Virus record (IMG/VR): IMGVR_UViG_3300044615_000494
From: a virus
DNA length: 64,000 nucleotides
Reading direction: 5' to 3' (one strand)
Shown here: positions 36,950 to 46,423 of the stretch, piece by piece
How the letters are laid out: the number at the start of each line of letters is the position of its first letter
How positions within the stretch are numbered: the first letter of the stretch is position 1
The notes under the pieces: generated by a model
Told to the model about the DNA's origin: nothing
Database searches by the model: none
Seen by the model: the letters and a program-made list of their open reading frames with translations, nothing else
Made by a program: the position numbers and the translations under genes

Positions 36950-37667
36950 AAGGCTCTCCTAAATCATTATCAAACCAATATAGACTGCGGTGCGGTCTGT
37001 CATCTTCTCTGTACTTTGCATCACTCACATAGAAAAACAATCTAAATGTATTTCTTGTACGATCTTCTGGGCATGTTATTGGATCTGGATATCCATGAAA
37101 ACCCCTTTTATGATAACGCCAAATAACTACTCTGTTAAACAATGTAGGAACTTGTTGTATTACTCGTTCGTTGTTGAAGTCTTTGAATTGCAATGCCCCG
37201 CCCCACTCTTCTTTCCATTCAGGATCGAGGTAAACTATTAGGCTCAACATTCGATGCAGTTTCAAACTATCATTCCAATTAAAATCAGTGTGGATTTTTA
37301 AACTATATCCTTTATATGTCCTAGAATATCCCGCACCAGTCAGATAGGGATCAGGTATTAGATCAGTTATTCCTGTGACCTTAGTTAACCAGTTCATACC
37401 TAACGCGCTGTGCATTACATTAGTGAACTCATAAGCCGCAGGGCAGGCTTCTAGATTATTACACTCTTTCATTAAACTTCCGCGTCTAGTAAAGTCGCGC
37501 CAGTGCTTGTCCGGAACTGTGACACACTCTTCATACATCTTTTGGGCATGATTTTTGGGTAAAAAATCGTCAAGGACTATCATAGGATATGGGGGAGTTC
37601 CCACGAAAGTGTTGTTAAGTTCTTGATAATTATTAAATTTATTACGGATGTAGTTGATGATTTCCAT
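36927..37667 (-). CDS. 2OG-Fe(II) oxygenase (prolyl hydroxylase-like)
   Basis: LKIHTDFN, LIVYLD.EW..EWGG.L, FNRVVI, HGYP, RNTFRLFFY. Confidence 0.85.
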   Translation of the reverse strand: MEIINYIRNKFNNYQELNNTFVGTPPYPMIVLDDFLPKNHAQKMYEECVTVPDKHWRDFTRRGSLMKECNNLEACPAAYEFTNVMHSALGMNWLTKVTGITDLIPDPYLTGAGYSRTYKGYSLKIHTDFNWNDSLKLHRMLSLIVYLDPEWKEEWGGALQFKDFNNERVIQQVPTLFNRVVIWRYHKRGFHGYPDPITCPEDRTRNTFRLFFYVSDAKYREDDRPHRSLYWFDNDLGEPYDIPTHK

Positions 37668-37708
37668 TTATATGTTCTCCATAATATACTTATTCTTTAA
37701 GAAAAGGC

Positions 37709-37737
37709 TTGACAAGAAAGAGCAATGCATATATAAT
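37709..37737 (+). promoter_or_regulatory. sigma70 promoter
   Basis: TTGACA-17-TATAAT. Confidence 0.85.
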
Positions 37738-37756
37738 TGATCTCATGTTGAACAAA

Positions 37757-37841
37757 GCCTCGGTGGTGAAATTGGTAGACACAAGGGACTTAAAATCCCT
37801 CGCCGAAAGGTGTGCCGGTTCGAGTCCGGCCCGAGGCACCA
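37757..37841 (+). tRNA. trnL: tRNA-Leu(TAA), with normal long variable arm
   Basis: AGGGA-CTTAAAA-TCCCT arm, GAAA-capped variable arm. Confidence 0.95.
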
Positions 37842-37852
37842 ATCAGATTTCA

Positions 37853-37929
37853 GGGCCCTTAGCTCAATTGGTTAGAGCATCCGACTCATAATCGGCAGGT
37901 TCTGGGTTCAAGTCCCGGAGGGCCCACCA
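37853..37929 (+). tRNA. trnI2: tRNA-Ile2(CAT, lysidine type)
   Basis: GGGCCCTTAGCTCA...GACTCATAATC body resembles enterobacterial ileX. Confidence 0.8.
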
Positions 37930-37945
37930 AATTTTTTAGGTTTTT

Positions 37946-38120
37946 GGCAGTTAAGCATGGCATGAGAACTTGTAAACTGCCCGGAGTTGAGAAGGAGATT
38001 AGGACTGACAAAACTTATTATAGGACTTTTTATCCTGTAATGACGCCTATAGCAATACGACTGGAAATCGTACCGTGCTTATGTGAACTAGTCCAAACGG
38101 TTTTTATCTAACCTTCTTGT
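37946..38120 (+). ncRNA. structured ncRNA/leader candidate E
   Basis: Nested helices AGAAGG/CCTTCT, GGACT/AGTCC, TTATAGGA/TCCTGTAA, TACGA/TCGTA; GGCAGTT/AACTGCC. Confidence 0.45.
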
Positions 38121-38258
38121 ATTTTGCTGACTAGGAATATATAGGCCTCTGTGCATTGTCAGTTGTCTTTTGCAAATTGCAACTTGTCTAGTTGGTTACT
38201 TACTTTCTTGACTCTGTTTTTATTTTGTTGTATAATATAATTTTTAAAGGAACATAAT

Positions 38259-38435
38259 ATGTCATGTACAGGCTACGATAGTAGAACAGTTAAAATACCT
38301 AAATCAGTTAAGCGCAGTGCTTCAACTATCATGAATGTACATAAGCGAGGGTCATTCATCCGCAGTTATGTACAGATTTTAATCTCTGATATTAATCAGA
38401 GCAAATATCGAAACTTTAAGGAGAGATACAAATGA
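38259..38435 (+). CDS. small basic protein (58 aa; not in ORF track)
   Basis: AAGGAA SD; MSCTGYDSRTVKIPKSVKRSA...; ATGA overlap with next gene. Confidence 0.7.
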   Translation: MSCTGYDSRTVKIPKSVKRSASTIMNVHKRGSFIRSYVQILISDINQSKYRNFKERYK

Positions 38436-39004
38436 ATATCAGTCTACGCAAAGCAAACGCAATCCAAAACATTATCAACGAATTGTTGAAGTCAATCAAT
38501 GTCGTTGAGAATGTTAGCCTAAACGAGTTCGAAGTAGCCGAACAGGTCATCGCAATCAAAGCCGACGAATCTTTCAAAGCATTCCAGCGCCAATTGGCAT
38601 TGGTAGATGCATTATATGATATTCGTAGCAATGTGGCTAGCGCCAACAACGCTACTGGCATCACAGAGATGTTGACTAAGATCGCACGATTGGACAAGTT
38701 GATCGCAATCAATCAAAAGATGGCTGATCGCCCTGTGCGACAGAGCGCAGAAGTCATCGAAGGTAAGTTGAATAAACTGCGCAATTCCAAGGACGAAGGT
38801 CGTAGTTTGATCTATGATCGTTACAACGAGATCAGTACCGGTGTAGCGACTGAAGCAAGCAATCAGAGTTATAAGGAAGCATTGGCAGCGCACAAGCGTG
38901 AGAAGCAACGCTTGCAGGATGCAGTCCTCGAGGCCAATGTGCGCAATGAGATCATCATCGATGCTATGACCGTTGCCACCCTTCGTACAGAGGGTTTGAT
39001 CTAA
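38432..39004 (+). CDS. hypothetical coiled-coil protein
   Basis: 190 aa helical ORF with host-like codon usage. Confidence 0.8.
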   Translation: MNISLRKANAIQNIINELLKSINVVENVSLNEFEVAEQVIAIKADESFKAFQRQLALVDALYDIRSNVASANNATGITEMLTKIARLDKLIAINQKMADRPVRQSAEVIEGKLNKLRNSKDEGRSLIYDRYNEISTGVATEASNQSYKEALAAHKREKQRLQDAVLEANVRNEIIIDAMTVATLRTEGLI

Positions 39005-39106
39005 AAACGGTGTTTTGGTAGGTGCATTAATATGCATCTACTAAGCACTACTCACAACCTGTAAATACTAGTGAGGAAGTTTTCCAATCCTCTGGAGGTA
39101 TTTATA

Positions 39107-39346
39107 ATGGATAAACTAAAAAAAGCATTTGACATGGCTGGCGACTTTTTGCACATGATCATGGATCTAGGTATTAAGTTGTTAGCAGTAGGTGTCATAC
39201 TACAGATATTGTTTGGACCAGCAGTTCCGTTCATGCATTTAGATGTAGTAGGTAATATAACTGCGTTCGCAGGTGCTTTGGGTGAGAAAGGTCTTGTAGG
39301 CCTAGTCGCACTAGCAGTACTATTTTGGGCTTGGAATAAGAAGTAA
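39107..39346 (+). CDS. small membrane protein
   Basis: GGAGG SD; two to three hydrophobic helices. Confidence 0.75.
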   Translation: MDKLKKAFDMAGDFLHMIMDLGIKLLAVGVILQILFGPAVPFMHLDVVGNITAFAGALGEKGLVGLVALAVLFWAWNKK

Positions 39347-39370
39347 TCTATACCCAACTTAAGTAGCATA

Positions 39371-39400
39371 GCCCGCTTGAGAGATCAAGCGGGTTTTTTG
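39371..39400 (+). terminator. intrinsic terminator
   Basis: CCCGCTTGA-GAGA-TCAAGCGGG plus T7. Confidence 0.9.
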
Positions 39401-39467
39401 TAATAGAAATGCAATAAAAAAATTTGTTGATTTCCGTAAATAGTGTCGTAATCAAGGAGATTATGAC

Positions 39468-40454
39468 ATGAAAAAATTAGTAGCATTTAGTTTAGTAATA
39501 TTAGCAAGCGCGGGTGCGCAAGCAAGAGATCAAATCAATATTGTAGGTAGTTCAACAGTATATCCTTTCACTACAACTGTTGCAGAACAGTTCGGTAGAA
39601 TTGGTAAATTTAAAACCCCGAAAGTTGAAAGCACTGGTACCGGTGGTGGTATCAAGTTGTTCTGTAATGGTGTTGGTCCACAACACGCAGATGCGGTCAA
39701 CGCATCCAGACAGATGAAAAAGTCTGAGTTCGACACATGTGCGAAAAATGGTGTAAGTGAAATACTTGAGATCAAGATTGGTTATGACGGTCTTACTATC
39801 GCTGAAAACAAAGCAGGTAAACTATCAGGTCTAAGTCGTAAAGATGTTTATCTAGCATTAGCAAAGACTGTACCAGGACCAAATGGTGCTATGATACCTA
39901 ATCCATATAAGACATGGCGTGATGTAAATCCAACTCTTCCTGCTGTGAAGATTGAAGTTTACGGACCACCTCCAACAAGTGGTACTAGAGATAGTTTCCA
40001 TGAGTTGTATATGGAAGCAGGTTGTGAGTTAGAGAACAAGAAAGCCTGTCATGCTATTCGTGAAGATGGCGCATATGTTGAAGCAGGCGAGAATGATAAT
40101 CTAATCGCACAGAAGTTGATAAGCAACGTGAATGCTTTGGGTGTTTTTGGTTATAGTTTCCTTGAGGAAAATCTAAACAAACTAAAAGGTCTAAAGATTG
40201 AGGGCGTAGAACCAAAATTTGAGACTATTAGCGATAGTAGTTTCCCGGCAAGTCGTCCATTATTCGTTTACGTAAAGAAAGCACATATCGGTGCAATTCC
40301 AGGATTGCGTGAATTTGCTGACGAATATGTAAGTGTCAGGGCTTTAGGCGAAGATGGGTATCTAGCAGAGCGCGGCCTAGTGTCATTAGACAAGGCTGAA
40401 CTTGCTAAAAGCCGTCAAGAAGTTAAGGTTTTAAAGAACTTTAGCCCAAAATAA
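39468..40454 (+). CDS. pstS: phosphate ABC transporter substrate-binding protein
   Basis: IVGSSTVYPF, ESTGTGGGIKLFC, GPPPTSGTRD, YVEAGENDN, SRPLFVY. Confidence 0.95.
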   Translation: MKKLVAFSLVILASAGAQARDQINIVGSSTVYPFTTTVAEQFGRIGKFKTPKVESTGTGGGIKLFCNGVGPQHADAVNASRQMKKSEFDTCAKNGVSEILEIKIGYDGLTIAENKAGKLSGLSRKDVYLALAKTVPGPNGAMIPNPYKTWRDVNPTLPAVKIEVYGPPPTSGTRDSFHELYMEAGCELENKKACHAIREDGAYVEAGENDNLIAQKLISNVNALGVFGYSFLEENLNKLKGLKIEGVEPKFETISDSSFPASRPLFVYVKKAHIGAIPGLREFADEYVSVRALGEDGYLAERGLVSLDKAELAKSRQEVKVLKNFSPK

Positions 40455-40556
40455 AGTAGTATATTTTAATGACCCCTCAGGCCTGTTAAATACTATATGT
40501 CTTTGAAATAGGACATGATGCCACTCACGTGGCATAACAACAAGGAGATATAAAAT

Positions 40557-41531
40557 ATGCGTAAAGCACTTATAACATTAGTTATGTTGGGATCACTATC
40601 TACTGCGGCTCTCGCACAAGATGTGAAAATTAATGGTAACTTCGGTTATCGTTTTGATTCAGTCGAAGCAGGAACTGCACCTAAGTCTGAAAAAGATCGT
40701 ATCAGAGCAGAGTTACTATTGAATGCTAAAGTTAACGATAAGACAACTTTGGTATTTGGTACTAGAACTGGTACATTCAATTCATCTTGGGATGACATGG
40801 GCGGTAACGCCAATTCTAAAGATATGGGTCTACACTTAGCATATGTTGAGTACGCCGCTATGGATCAAGTCAAGGTTCGCCTTGGTAAGATGCATCAACC
40901 TTGGGCAAGTTCACCAAGTCTATTTTTTGACCGTGATATCAAGCCAGAAGGTCTAGCAGTAGCGTTTGCTCATAAATCAGGATTGTTCGCTAATGCGTCT
41001 TCATTGAAGATCGTAGAAGGCGGTGCAGCCGATGATTCTAGAGTACAGAGCCTACAAGTTGGCTTAAAGAAGGATGTTGGAGCATTGTCATTGACAGGTG
41101 CTGCCGCATTACACAATCACAGCATCAAGCATGTTGCTGCCGGTGGTGTAGGCTCAGATGTGACTCTTCAGCAAGCATTCGGTGAAGTTGGTGTTAAGGT
41201 TGCTGGTCTTCCAGTAGCCGGTTTCGTAGACTTCATGCGCAACGACAAGGCAAATGCTGATAACCAAGCACTAGCATACGGTGTGAAGGTTGCCAAAGGC
41301 AAGTGGGATGCTTCAGTATTCCATCAAAAAGTCGAGGCAAATGCACAGTATGGTTTGTGGCATGATTCTGACTTTGCAGGCGCACAAGGTAATCACAAGG
41401 GCTATGGCCTAACTGCTGGTTACAGAGTCGCTAAGGGTTGGAAGGTCAACGCTAAGTATTTCGATGTTGAGCGAGGAGCCAACAAAGAAGATTACAAGCG
41501 TCTACAATTAGACTTGAACTACATGTTCTAA
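40557..41531 (+). CDS. outer-membrane beta-barrel porin (phosphate-porin-like)
   Basis: Signal peptide, amphipathic beta strands, basic residues, C-terminal LDLNYMF; follows pstS. Confidence 0.75.
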   Translation: MRKALITLVMLGSLSTAALAQDVKINGNFGYRFDSVEAGTAPKSEKDRIRAELLLNAKVNDKTTLVFGTRTGTFNSSWDDMGGNANSKDMGLHLAYVEYAAMDQVKVRLGKMHQPWASSPSLFFDRDIKPEGLAVAFAHKSGLFANASSLKIVEGGAADDSRVQSLQVGLKKDVGALSLTGAAALHNHSIKHVAAGGVGSDVTLQQAFGEVGVKVAGLPVAGFVDFMRNDKANADNQALAYGVKVAKGKWDASVFHQKVEANAQYGLWHDSDFAGAQGNHKGYGLTAGYRVAKGWKVNAKYFDVERGANKEDYKRLQLDLNYMF

Positions 41532-41558
41532 TCGAACATCTAAATTCAGTCAAGATCA

Positions 41559-41590
41559 GGGGAGATAGAAATATCTCCTCTTTTCTTTTA
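41559..41590 (+). terminator. intrinsic terminator
   Basis: GGGGAGATA-GAAA-TATCTCCTC plus T tract. Confidence 0.85.
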
Positions 41591-41622
41591 TATGATAAGT
41601 AAATCTGTTAAAATAATGAAAT

Positions 41623-41712
41623 GGAAGTGTGGCAGAGTGGTTGAATGCTCTAGTCTTGAAAACTAGCGATTCCGCAAGGGGTCCGTGAGTTCGAATCTCA
41701 CCGCTTCCACCA
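41623..41712 (+). tRNA. trnS: tRNA-Ser(TGA)
   Basis: CTAGT-CTTGAAA-ACTAG arm, long variable arm, CCA. Confidence 0.95.
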
Positions 41713-41721
41713 ATCAAACTT

Positions 41722-42018
41722 ATGACAATCAAATACGAAGATTTACAACCACATGTTGATATGCTCATAGACGCCCTTGAGAACAGAGGGGCAAGTAGTA
41801 GCGGATTACCTAATGAACAAGTATATCCATTTGCTACGAAGTATAGGAGTTTCTTGCAAGAAGTGAGAGATAGACAAGTATCTAGATATAATCTAGAACA
41901 TTTTTTGGCTGAAAATCACGAAGCGATAATGAAAGTCACTAATCAGCCTTTTAGGTCTGAACAAATCCTAGGAGCATTGAGAACATATTTTTTCAAAGAA
42001 TTCATGAGACCTAAATGA
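41722..42018 (+). CDS. hypothetical protein
   Basis: 98 aa ORF coupled to fpr. Confidence 0.65.
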   Translation: MTIKYEDLQPHVDMLIDALENRGASSSGLPNEQVYPFATKYRSFLQEVRDRQVSRYNLEHFLAENHEAIMKVTNQPFRSEQILGALRTYFFKEFMRPK

Positions 42019-42752
42019 TCACAGAAACAGTTACATGGGTGCATCACTGGAGCGATAGAACTTTTAGTTTTAAAACGACTAGAGATCAAGGATTTAGATT
42101 TTATGCAGGTGAATTTGCCATGATAGGTCTGCGTGTAGATAACAGAAATATACTACGTGCGTACAGCGTAGTCAGTCCACCATGGAAAGATGAATTGGAA
42201 TTTCTCAGTATCAAGATACAAGACGGTGACCTTACTAGCAGACTACAACATATCAAAGTAGGCGATGAAGTCATACTAGCAGAAAAGACTACAGGAACAT
42301 TACGCAACGATGCATTGATTAAAGGCGGCGAACTATATATGCTAGCCACCGGAACTGGACTAGCGCCCTTCATGAGCCTAATACGTGATATCGAAACTCT
42401 TGAGACTTGGGATAAAATAAATATAATACATAGTGTGAGAGATAAAAAGGATCTAGCATATTATGATGATTTGATCAGTAGTTTCAAAGACGGAGAGCCC
42501 GAATTATTTGAGTTGATAGAACCCAAATTGACATATAAGCCTATCATAACGGGCGCCGGCGAGAAAAGAATCACGGCTCAACTATATGATAATGACTTGA
42601 CGATTGATTACAGCCGTGATAAAATCATGCTATGCGGTAATCTAGAATTCAATCAGGAAGTTACTGATTGGTGTATATCAAAGGGCATGACTGAAGGTAG
42701 TTTACGAGAGCCCGGAACTTTTGTCATCGAAAAGGCATTTGTAGAGAAATGA
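42015..42752 (+). CDS. fpr: ferredoxin/flavodoxin-NADP+ reductase
   Basis: HHWSDRTFSFKTTR, RAYSVVS, GDLTSRLQH, LATGTGLAPFMS, MLCGN, IEKAFVEK. Confidence 0.93.
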   Translation: MITETVTWVHHWSDRTFSFKTTRDQGFRFYAGEFAMIGLRVDNRNILRAYSVVSPPWKDELEFLSIKIQDGDLTSRLQHIKVGDEVILAEKTTGTLRNDALIKGGELYMLATGTGLAPFMSLIRDIETLETWDKINIIHSVRDKKDLAYYDDLISSFKDGEPELFELIEPKLTYKPIITGAGEKRITAQLYDNDLTIDYSRDKIMLCGNLEFNQEVTDWCISKGMTEGSLREPGTFVIEKAFVEK

Positions 42753-43114
42753 ACAATTTTGAGATTGATGAACAATATATTACTGATGTAACAGTTAGGA
42801 CTGAACACGATTTCATCGTAGATCGTAATAATCCTACACCCGAAGAAATCTTTAAAGTACTCAAAGGTTGGGACAAAGTTGTCAGCATCGGTAGCAAAGA
42901 CCACGATGAGTTTACTAAGTTGCGTAATCAACTTGAAGAACAAGGTTACATCAAAACCGAACGCGGTTGGTGGAATGGCGATACTGTATTGAAGCCATTC
43001 TATTTGAACGGTTGGCGATTCAAAAAAAATCATAGATTTCCTTGTGCGGCGGCACTTAGCAATAGTATTAAGTGTGCTAAGAAATATAAATGGAAGAGCA
43101 TCAGCAGTCTATGA
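42749..43114 (+). CDS. hypothetical phage protein
   Basis: 121 aa ORF, ATGA overlap. Confidence 0.7.
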   Translation: MNNFEIDEQYITDVTVRTEHDFIVDRNNPTPEEIFKVLKGWDKVVSIGSKDHDEFTKLRNQLEEQGYIKTERGWWNGDTVLKPFYLNGWRFKKNHRFPCAAALSNSIKCAKKYKWKSISSL

Positions 43115-43926
43115 AACAGATACTAATAATGGGAGACAGTTGGGGAGTACCTGAATATTCACTAACACCGGGCGAACTATTATCTGATCCTACTAATGTC
43201 GTTCGTCCAAAATTTTGGTTAGATGCTGAACCAAATTATACAGACGGTATATATCATACTGACCAATATTTACGTGGGCTAGGGTATGATGTTTATAATT
43301 CTGCGCAGGGCGGTATTTCAAATGTACAAGCGATTAGAAGAGCGATAAGTTGCATCAAAAACGAAAAATTAAATCCTGATTTAATCATTTGGTTTCATAC
43401 AGCATTGTTTAGAGACTATCAGCATTTTCAAACGAAAATTAGTTTATTAAAACCTTATGAACAGGCAGTAGATGATTTAGCAGAAGCGGTGTATGGTAAA
43501 ATGGCAAATTTCTTAAAAGAAAATAATGACATACCATTTATTGCTGTAGGCGGGCAAGCACCATTAGTTAAACACGTATTTGATAAGTATTTAAATCCTT
43601 TTTTCCGTGTAGATGATTGGAGAAGTGAAATACTGCAGGAAAAATTGCCCGAGTTTCAAGCATTCGGATCAGAACCTATGTTACATTCTTGGACTTGGCA
43701 TCCTGAGACTATCAAAAAACTGTTGTCAATATCAGACCTCTATCGCGATAAGATGACTGCTTTATCTAACTCTGCTCAAATAGAAGATCCTCTATTTCCT
43801 GATGGTTGTCATCCTGGAAGAACACCTCATTATGAACTCACTAAAAAAATTCATGATGCGATCAGTTGGTTTTATAAGAATAATCAAAAGCATGATTACA
43901 TAAAAACTCCGGGTAACGCACTATGA
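43111..43926 (+). CDS. SGNH-like protein
   Basis: ILIMGDSWG, SAQGGISN, IIWFHT, FPDGCHP. Confidence 0.75.
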   Translation: MKQILIMGDSWGVPEYSLTPGELLSDPTNVVRPKFWLDAEPNYTDGIYHTDQYLRGLGYDVYNSAQGGISNVQAIRRAISCIKNEKLNPDLIIWFHTALFRDYQHFQTKISLLKPYEQAVDDLAEAVYGKMANFLKENNDIPFIAVGGQAPLVKHVFDKYLNPFFRVDDWRSEILQEKLPEFQAFGSEPMLHSWTWHPETIKKLLSISDLYRDKMTALSNSAQIEDPLFPDGCHPGRTPHYELTKKIHDAISWFYKNNQKHDYIKTPGNAL

Positions 43927-44672
43927 AAAATATATTAATCGTAGGAGACAGTTGGGGAGTACCTAACTACGTTAAAGGCTATAATACAGTACCTGAAGAT
44001 CACACAGAATTTCGACTAAGGGCTATGGGATATAATGTCTTCAATTACTCATTGAATGGCGGAAGCAATGTCGATACAATAAGTTATGCTATATCTGCTA
44101 TAGAAAACAAAGAACTAAGAGTGGATGAAGATGTAAGTTATAAAAAGAAAACATATGCTGATTCTGGTCCCGAATTCTTACCTGACCCAAATTATCGCGG
44201 TGAAAAGATAGACTGGATAATTTGGTTTCACACTGAGTCTATTCGCGCCTCAGTACAGCCTATAATGTTTCGTTGGATAAAGATTGAAGATATACATGAA
44301 TTAGGGTGCAAGACTGCATATAGAGCATTCAAGCATTTAGTAGAAATTTGCGGAAATCCAAAAACAGTAGTGATAGGTGGGCAGGCACCGGTAGAACCCA
44401 TGCTATATGATTATCATAATCCAACATATATCATAGAAGATTGGCGTAGTGAGATTGTGGGTAGAAAGTTACCAAGATGCATATCGCTTTCTAGATTGGA
44501 TATGATAGAACGATCATATCATTCAATAGATGAAAAACTTGAAATAATGAATCTACATGCTGAGATATATGATGCTATGAACAATAAAGAGCAATTTTTT
44601 GATGCTTGCCACCCTGCCGCGATACCACATAAACATTTAACGAATAGATTACATACTTGGTTTTCAGAGTGA
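43923..44672 (+). CDS. SGNH-like protein (tandem paralog)
   Basis: ILIVGDSWG, SLNGGSN, IIWFHT, FDACHP. Confidence 0.75.
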   Translation: MKNILIVGDSWGVPNYVKGYNTVPEDHTEFRLRAMGYNVFNYSLNGGSNVDTISYAISAIENKELRVDEDVSYKKKTYADSGPEFLPDPNYRGEKIDWIIWFHTESIRASVQPIMFRWIKIEDIHELGCKTAYRAFKHLVEICGNPKTVVIGGQAPVEPMLYDYHNPTYIIEDWRSEIVGRKLPRCISLSRLDMIERSYHSIDEKLEIMNLHAEIYDAMNNKEQFFDACHPAAIPHKHLTNRLHTWFSE

Positions 44673-44726
44673 TTTCTTGATAAATACTTTAGTATGCCAA
44701 TGATGCATATATAAAGGAGAAATCTA

Positions 44727-44888
44727 ATGGATCTTGAAACAATTGTAACAGTATTAGTAGTAGCAGGTTTTGCAGCCTTCTTGTTTTTCAAGATGAAGAA
44801 AAAGTCTTCAGATGATGCAGGTCCAAGCACTGACGGATCAGGCGGACACCCTGGCAAAGAGAATGGCGGAAGACAGCAACTAAAATAA
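44727..44888 (+). CDS. small single-pass membrane protein (not in ORF track)
   Basis: AAGGAG SD; N-terminal hydrophobic helix then KMKKK. Confidence 0.65.
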   Translation: MDLETIVTVLVVAGFAAFLFFKMKKKSSDDAGPSTDGSGGHPGKENGGRQQLK

Positions 44889-44907
44889 GTCTCTGTCATG
44901 TTGGTTT

Positions 44908-44936
44908 TAGGGGGAATTAATTCCCCCTATTTTTTT
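44908..44936 (+). terminator. intrinsic terminator
   Basis: TAGGGGGAATTAATTCCCCCTA palindrome plus T tract. Confidence 0.8.
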
Positions 44937-44974
44937 GGCTATAAATAATTGCACGACAAGGAGAACATAAATTT

Positions 44975-45112
44975 ATGGCTGGATCATCATCGCTAAACAA
45001 GAAGAATACAATATTCAAACGTACTAGCCAGGGTGGAAGCAGACCGAAAACTAGTGCTATGAATAAACAGCAAAAGAAAGCATTCAAACACTACAGAGGG
45101 CAGGGTAAATGA
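44975..45112 (+). CDS. small basic peptide ending YRGQGK (not in ORF track)
   Basis: AAGGAG SD; ATGA overlap with next ORF. Confidence 0.7.
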   Translation: MAGSSSLNKKNTIFKRTSQGGSRPKTSAMNKQQKKAFKHYRGQGK

Positions 45113-45321
45113 GTGGTAAGGGGTCAAGTCCTAGACCATATAGTGTAGATAAAAAAACATTTGATAATAATTGGGATCGCATTTTTAAAAAGAATTATTA
45201 TCAAGATATACTGTCTACCGAAGATGCGGTTATCAGCGCACTAGATAAATCAGACTATGATAACAGAAATAAAACCAACAAGCCCGACAATACTAAGTCT
45301 ACTAAAGACGATAGAAAATAA
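45109..45321 (+). CDS. small hypothetical protein
   Basis: MSGKGSSPRP...FDNNWDRIF. Confidence 0.6.
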   Translation: MSGKGSSPRPYSVDKKTFDNNWDRIFKKNYYQDILSTEDAVISALDKSDYDNRNKTNKPDNTKSTKDDRK

Positions 45322-45840
45322 AGATTTTGTCAACGGGGAACATAGTTTTGCAAAGAACTATGATGGCTTGAGTTACTATGACGCTCTAATGGCAGCCATA
45401 AGTGACGATACACTTTTCAATCACCTTGACTACGACATCCCTATACTTAAGTACAAGCATAATAAAATACTAGGGGACACAGAGGGCGGGAAGTTTTTTT
45501 TAGAATCCTTTCAACAACTGGTTGAATTCGACGGCTTTTACACTAGCGGATACATACCCAAAGGATTTGATCGTTGGCATAGTGATAGTGATGTGACCGG
45601 ATATGCTATCCTATTTTCTTATTCTAAAGATGGAAACGGGTATTTCAAATATAAAATTCCTGGATCAAGAGAAATCGTGACATTGGTAGACGAACCCGGA
45701 TGGATGATTCGTGGTATGTATTATGGTAATGTCGAAGACAGTAAGTTGTGGCATTGTGTCGCTAGTGAAGGATTTAGGGTAACATTTATCTTGACTTTTG
45801 CGGCTGAAGATAAGTATAATACAGCAGTTGAGATATTAAC

Positions 45841-45850
<10 letters not shown>
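45257..45850 (+). CDS. cupin/2OG-Fe(II)-like protein; stop codon inside tRNA-Gly
   Basis: GFDRWHSD, LWHCVAS, RVTF. Confidence 0.65.
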
Positions 45851-45916
<66 letters not shown>

Positions 45917-45934
45917 TTCTTTGCTAAATACTAC

Positions 45935-46423
45935 ATGCTATACATTTCTTATCGTGGTATTTACGACGGCCAAAACTTTGAAGACGCTAACACACCTAAT
46001 CAATTAGGAAAGGCTCTAGGTATGGGCTTTTCATGTATGATAGACGTATGGAAGGTCGGAGATCAGTTTTATCTAGGAAATGATCAACCTATCACAGAGG
46101 TAACTACAAAGTACTTGCAGGGAAATCGTTGGTGGATTAATGCTAGAAATACTGCGATGCAAGCATGGTTGCCCACACAGAACGTAAAATTATATCCTAA
46201 TTGGTTTTATTTCCCTACGATGCCCCCTCCACAATATGTTACTGCTAGTAACGGTAAGTTGATAACACCGGGTACAGTACCTATTAATAATTCAAGTGTT
46301 ATATTTTTACCTGAGATAGATGACCGAGGTATGTTTAGTACTGTTAAGTTACGCTGTTATGGAATATGCAGTACATACCTAACGTTCATAAGAAGAATGC
46401 GTCAAGAAGGCGCATATTATTAA
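45935..46423 (+). CDS. glycerophosphodiester phosphodiesterase-like (degenerate) protein
   Basis: MLYISYRG...ANTP...IDVW...YLGND...GICS; TAAATA 4 nt upstream. Confidence 0.6.
   Translation: MLYISYRGIYDGQNFEDANTPNQLGKALGMGFSCMIDVWKVGDQFYLGNDQPITEVTTKYLQGNRWWINARNTAMQAWLPTQNVKLYPNWFYFPTMPPPQYVTASNGKLITPGTVPINNSSVIFLPEIDDRGMFSTVKLRCYGICSTYLTFIRRMRQEGAYY

Noticed and set aside
44893-44899. Isolated CTGTCAT Pho-box half site
   Set aside because: Single half site just upstream of a terminator, not upstream of a phosphate gene
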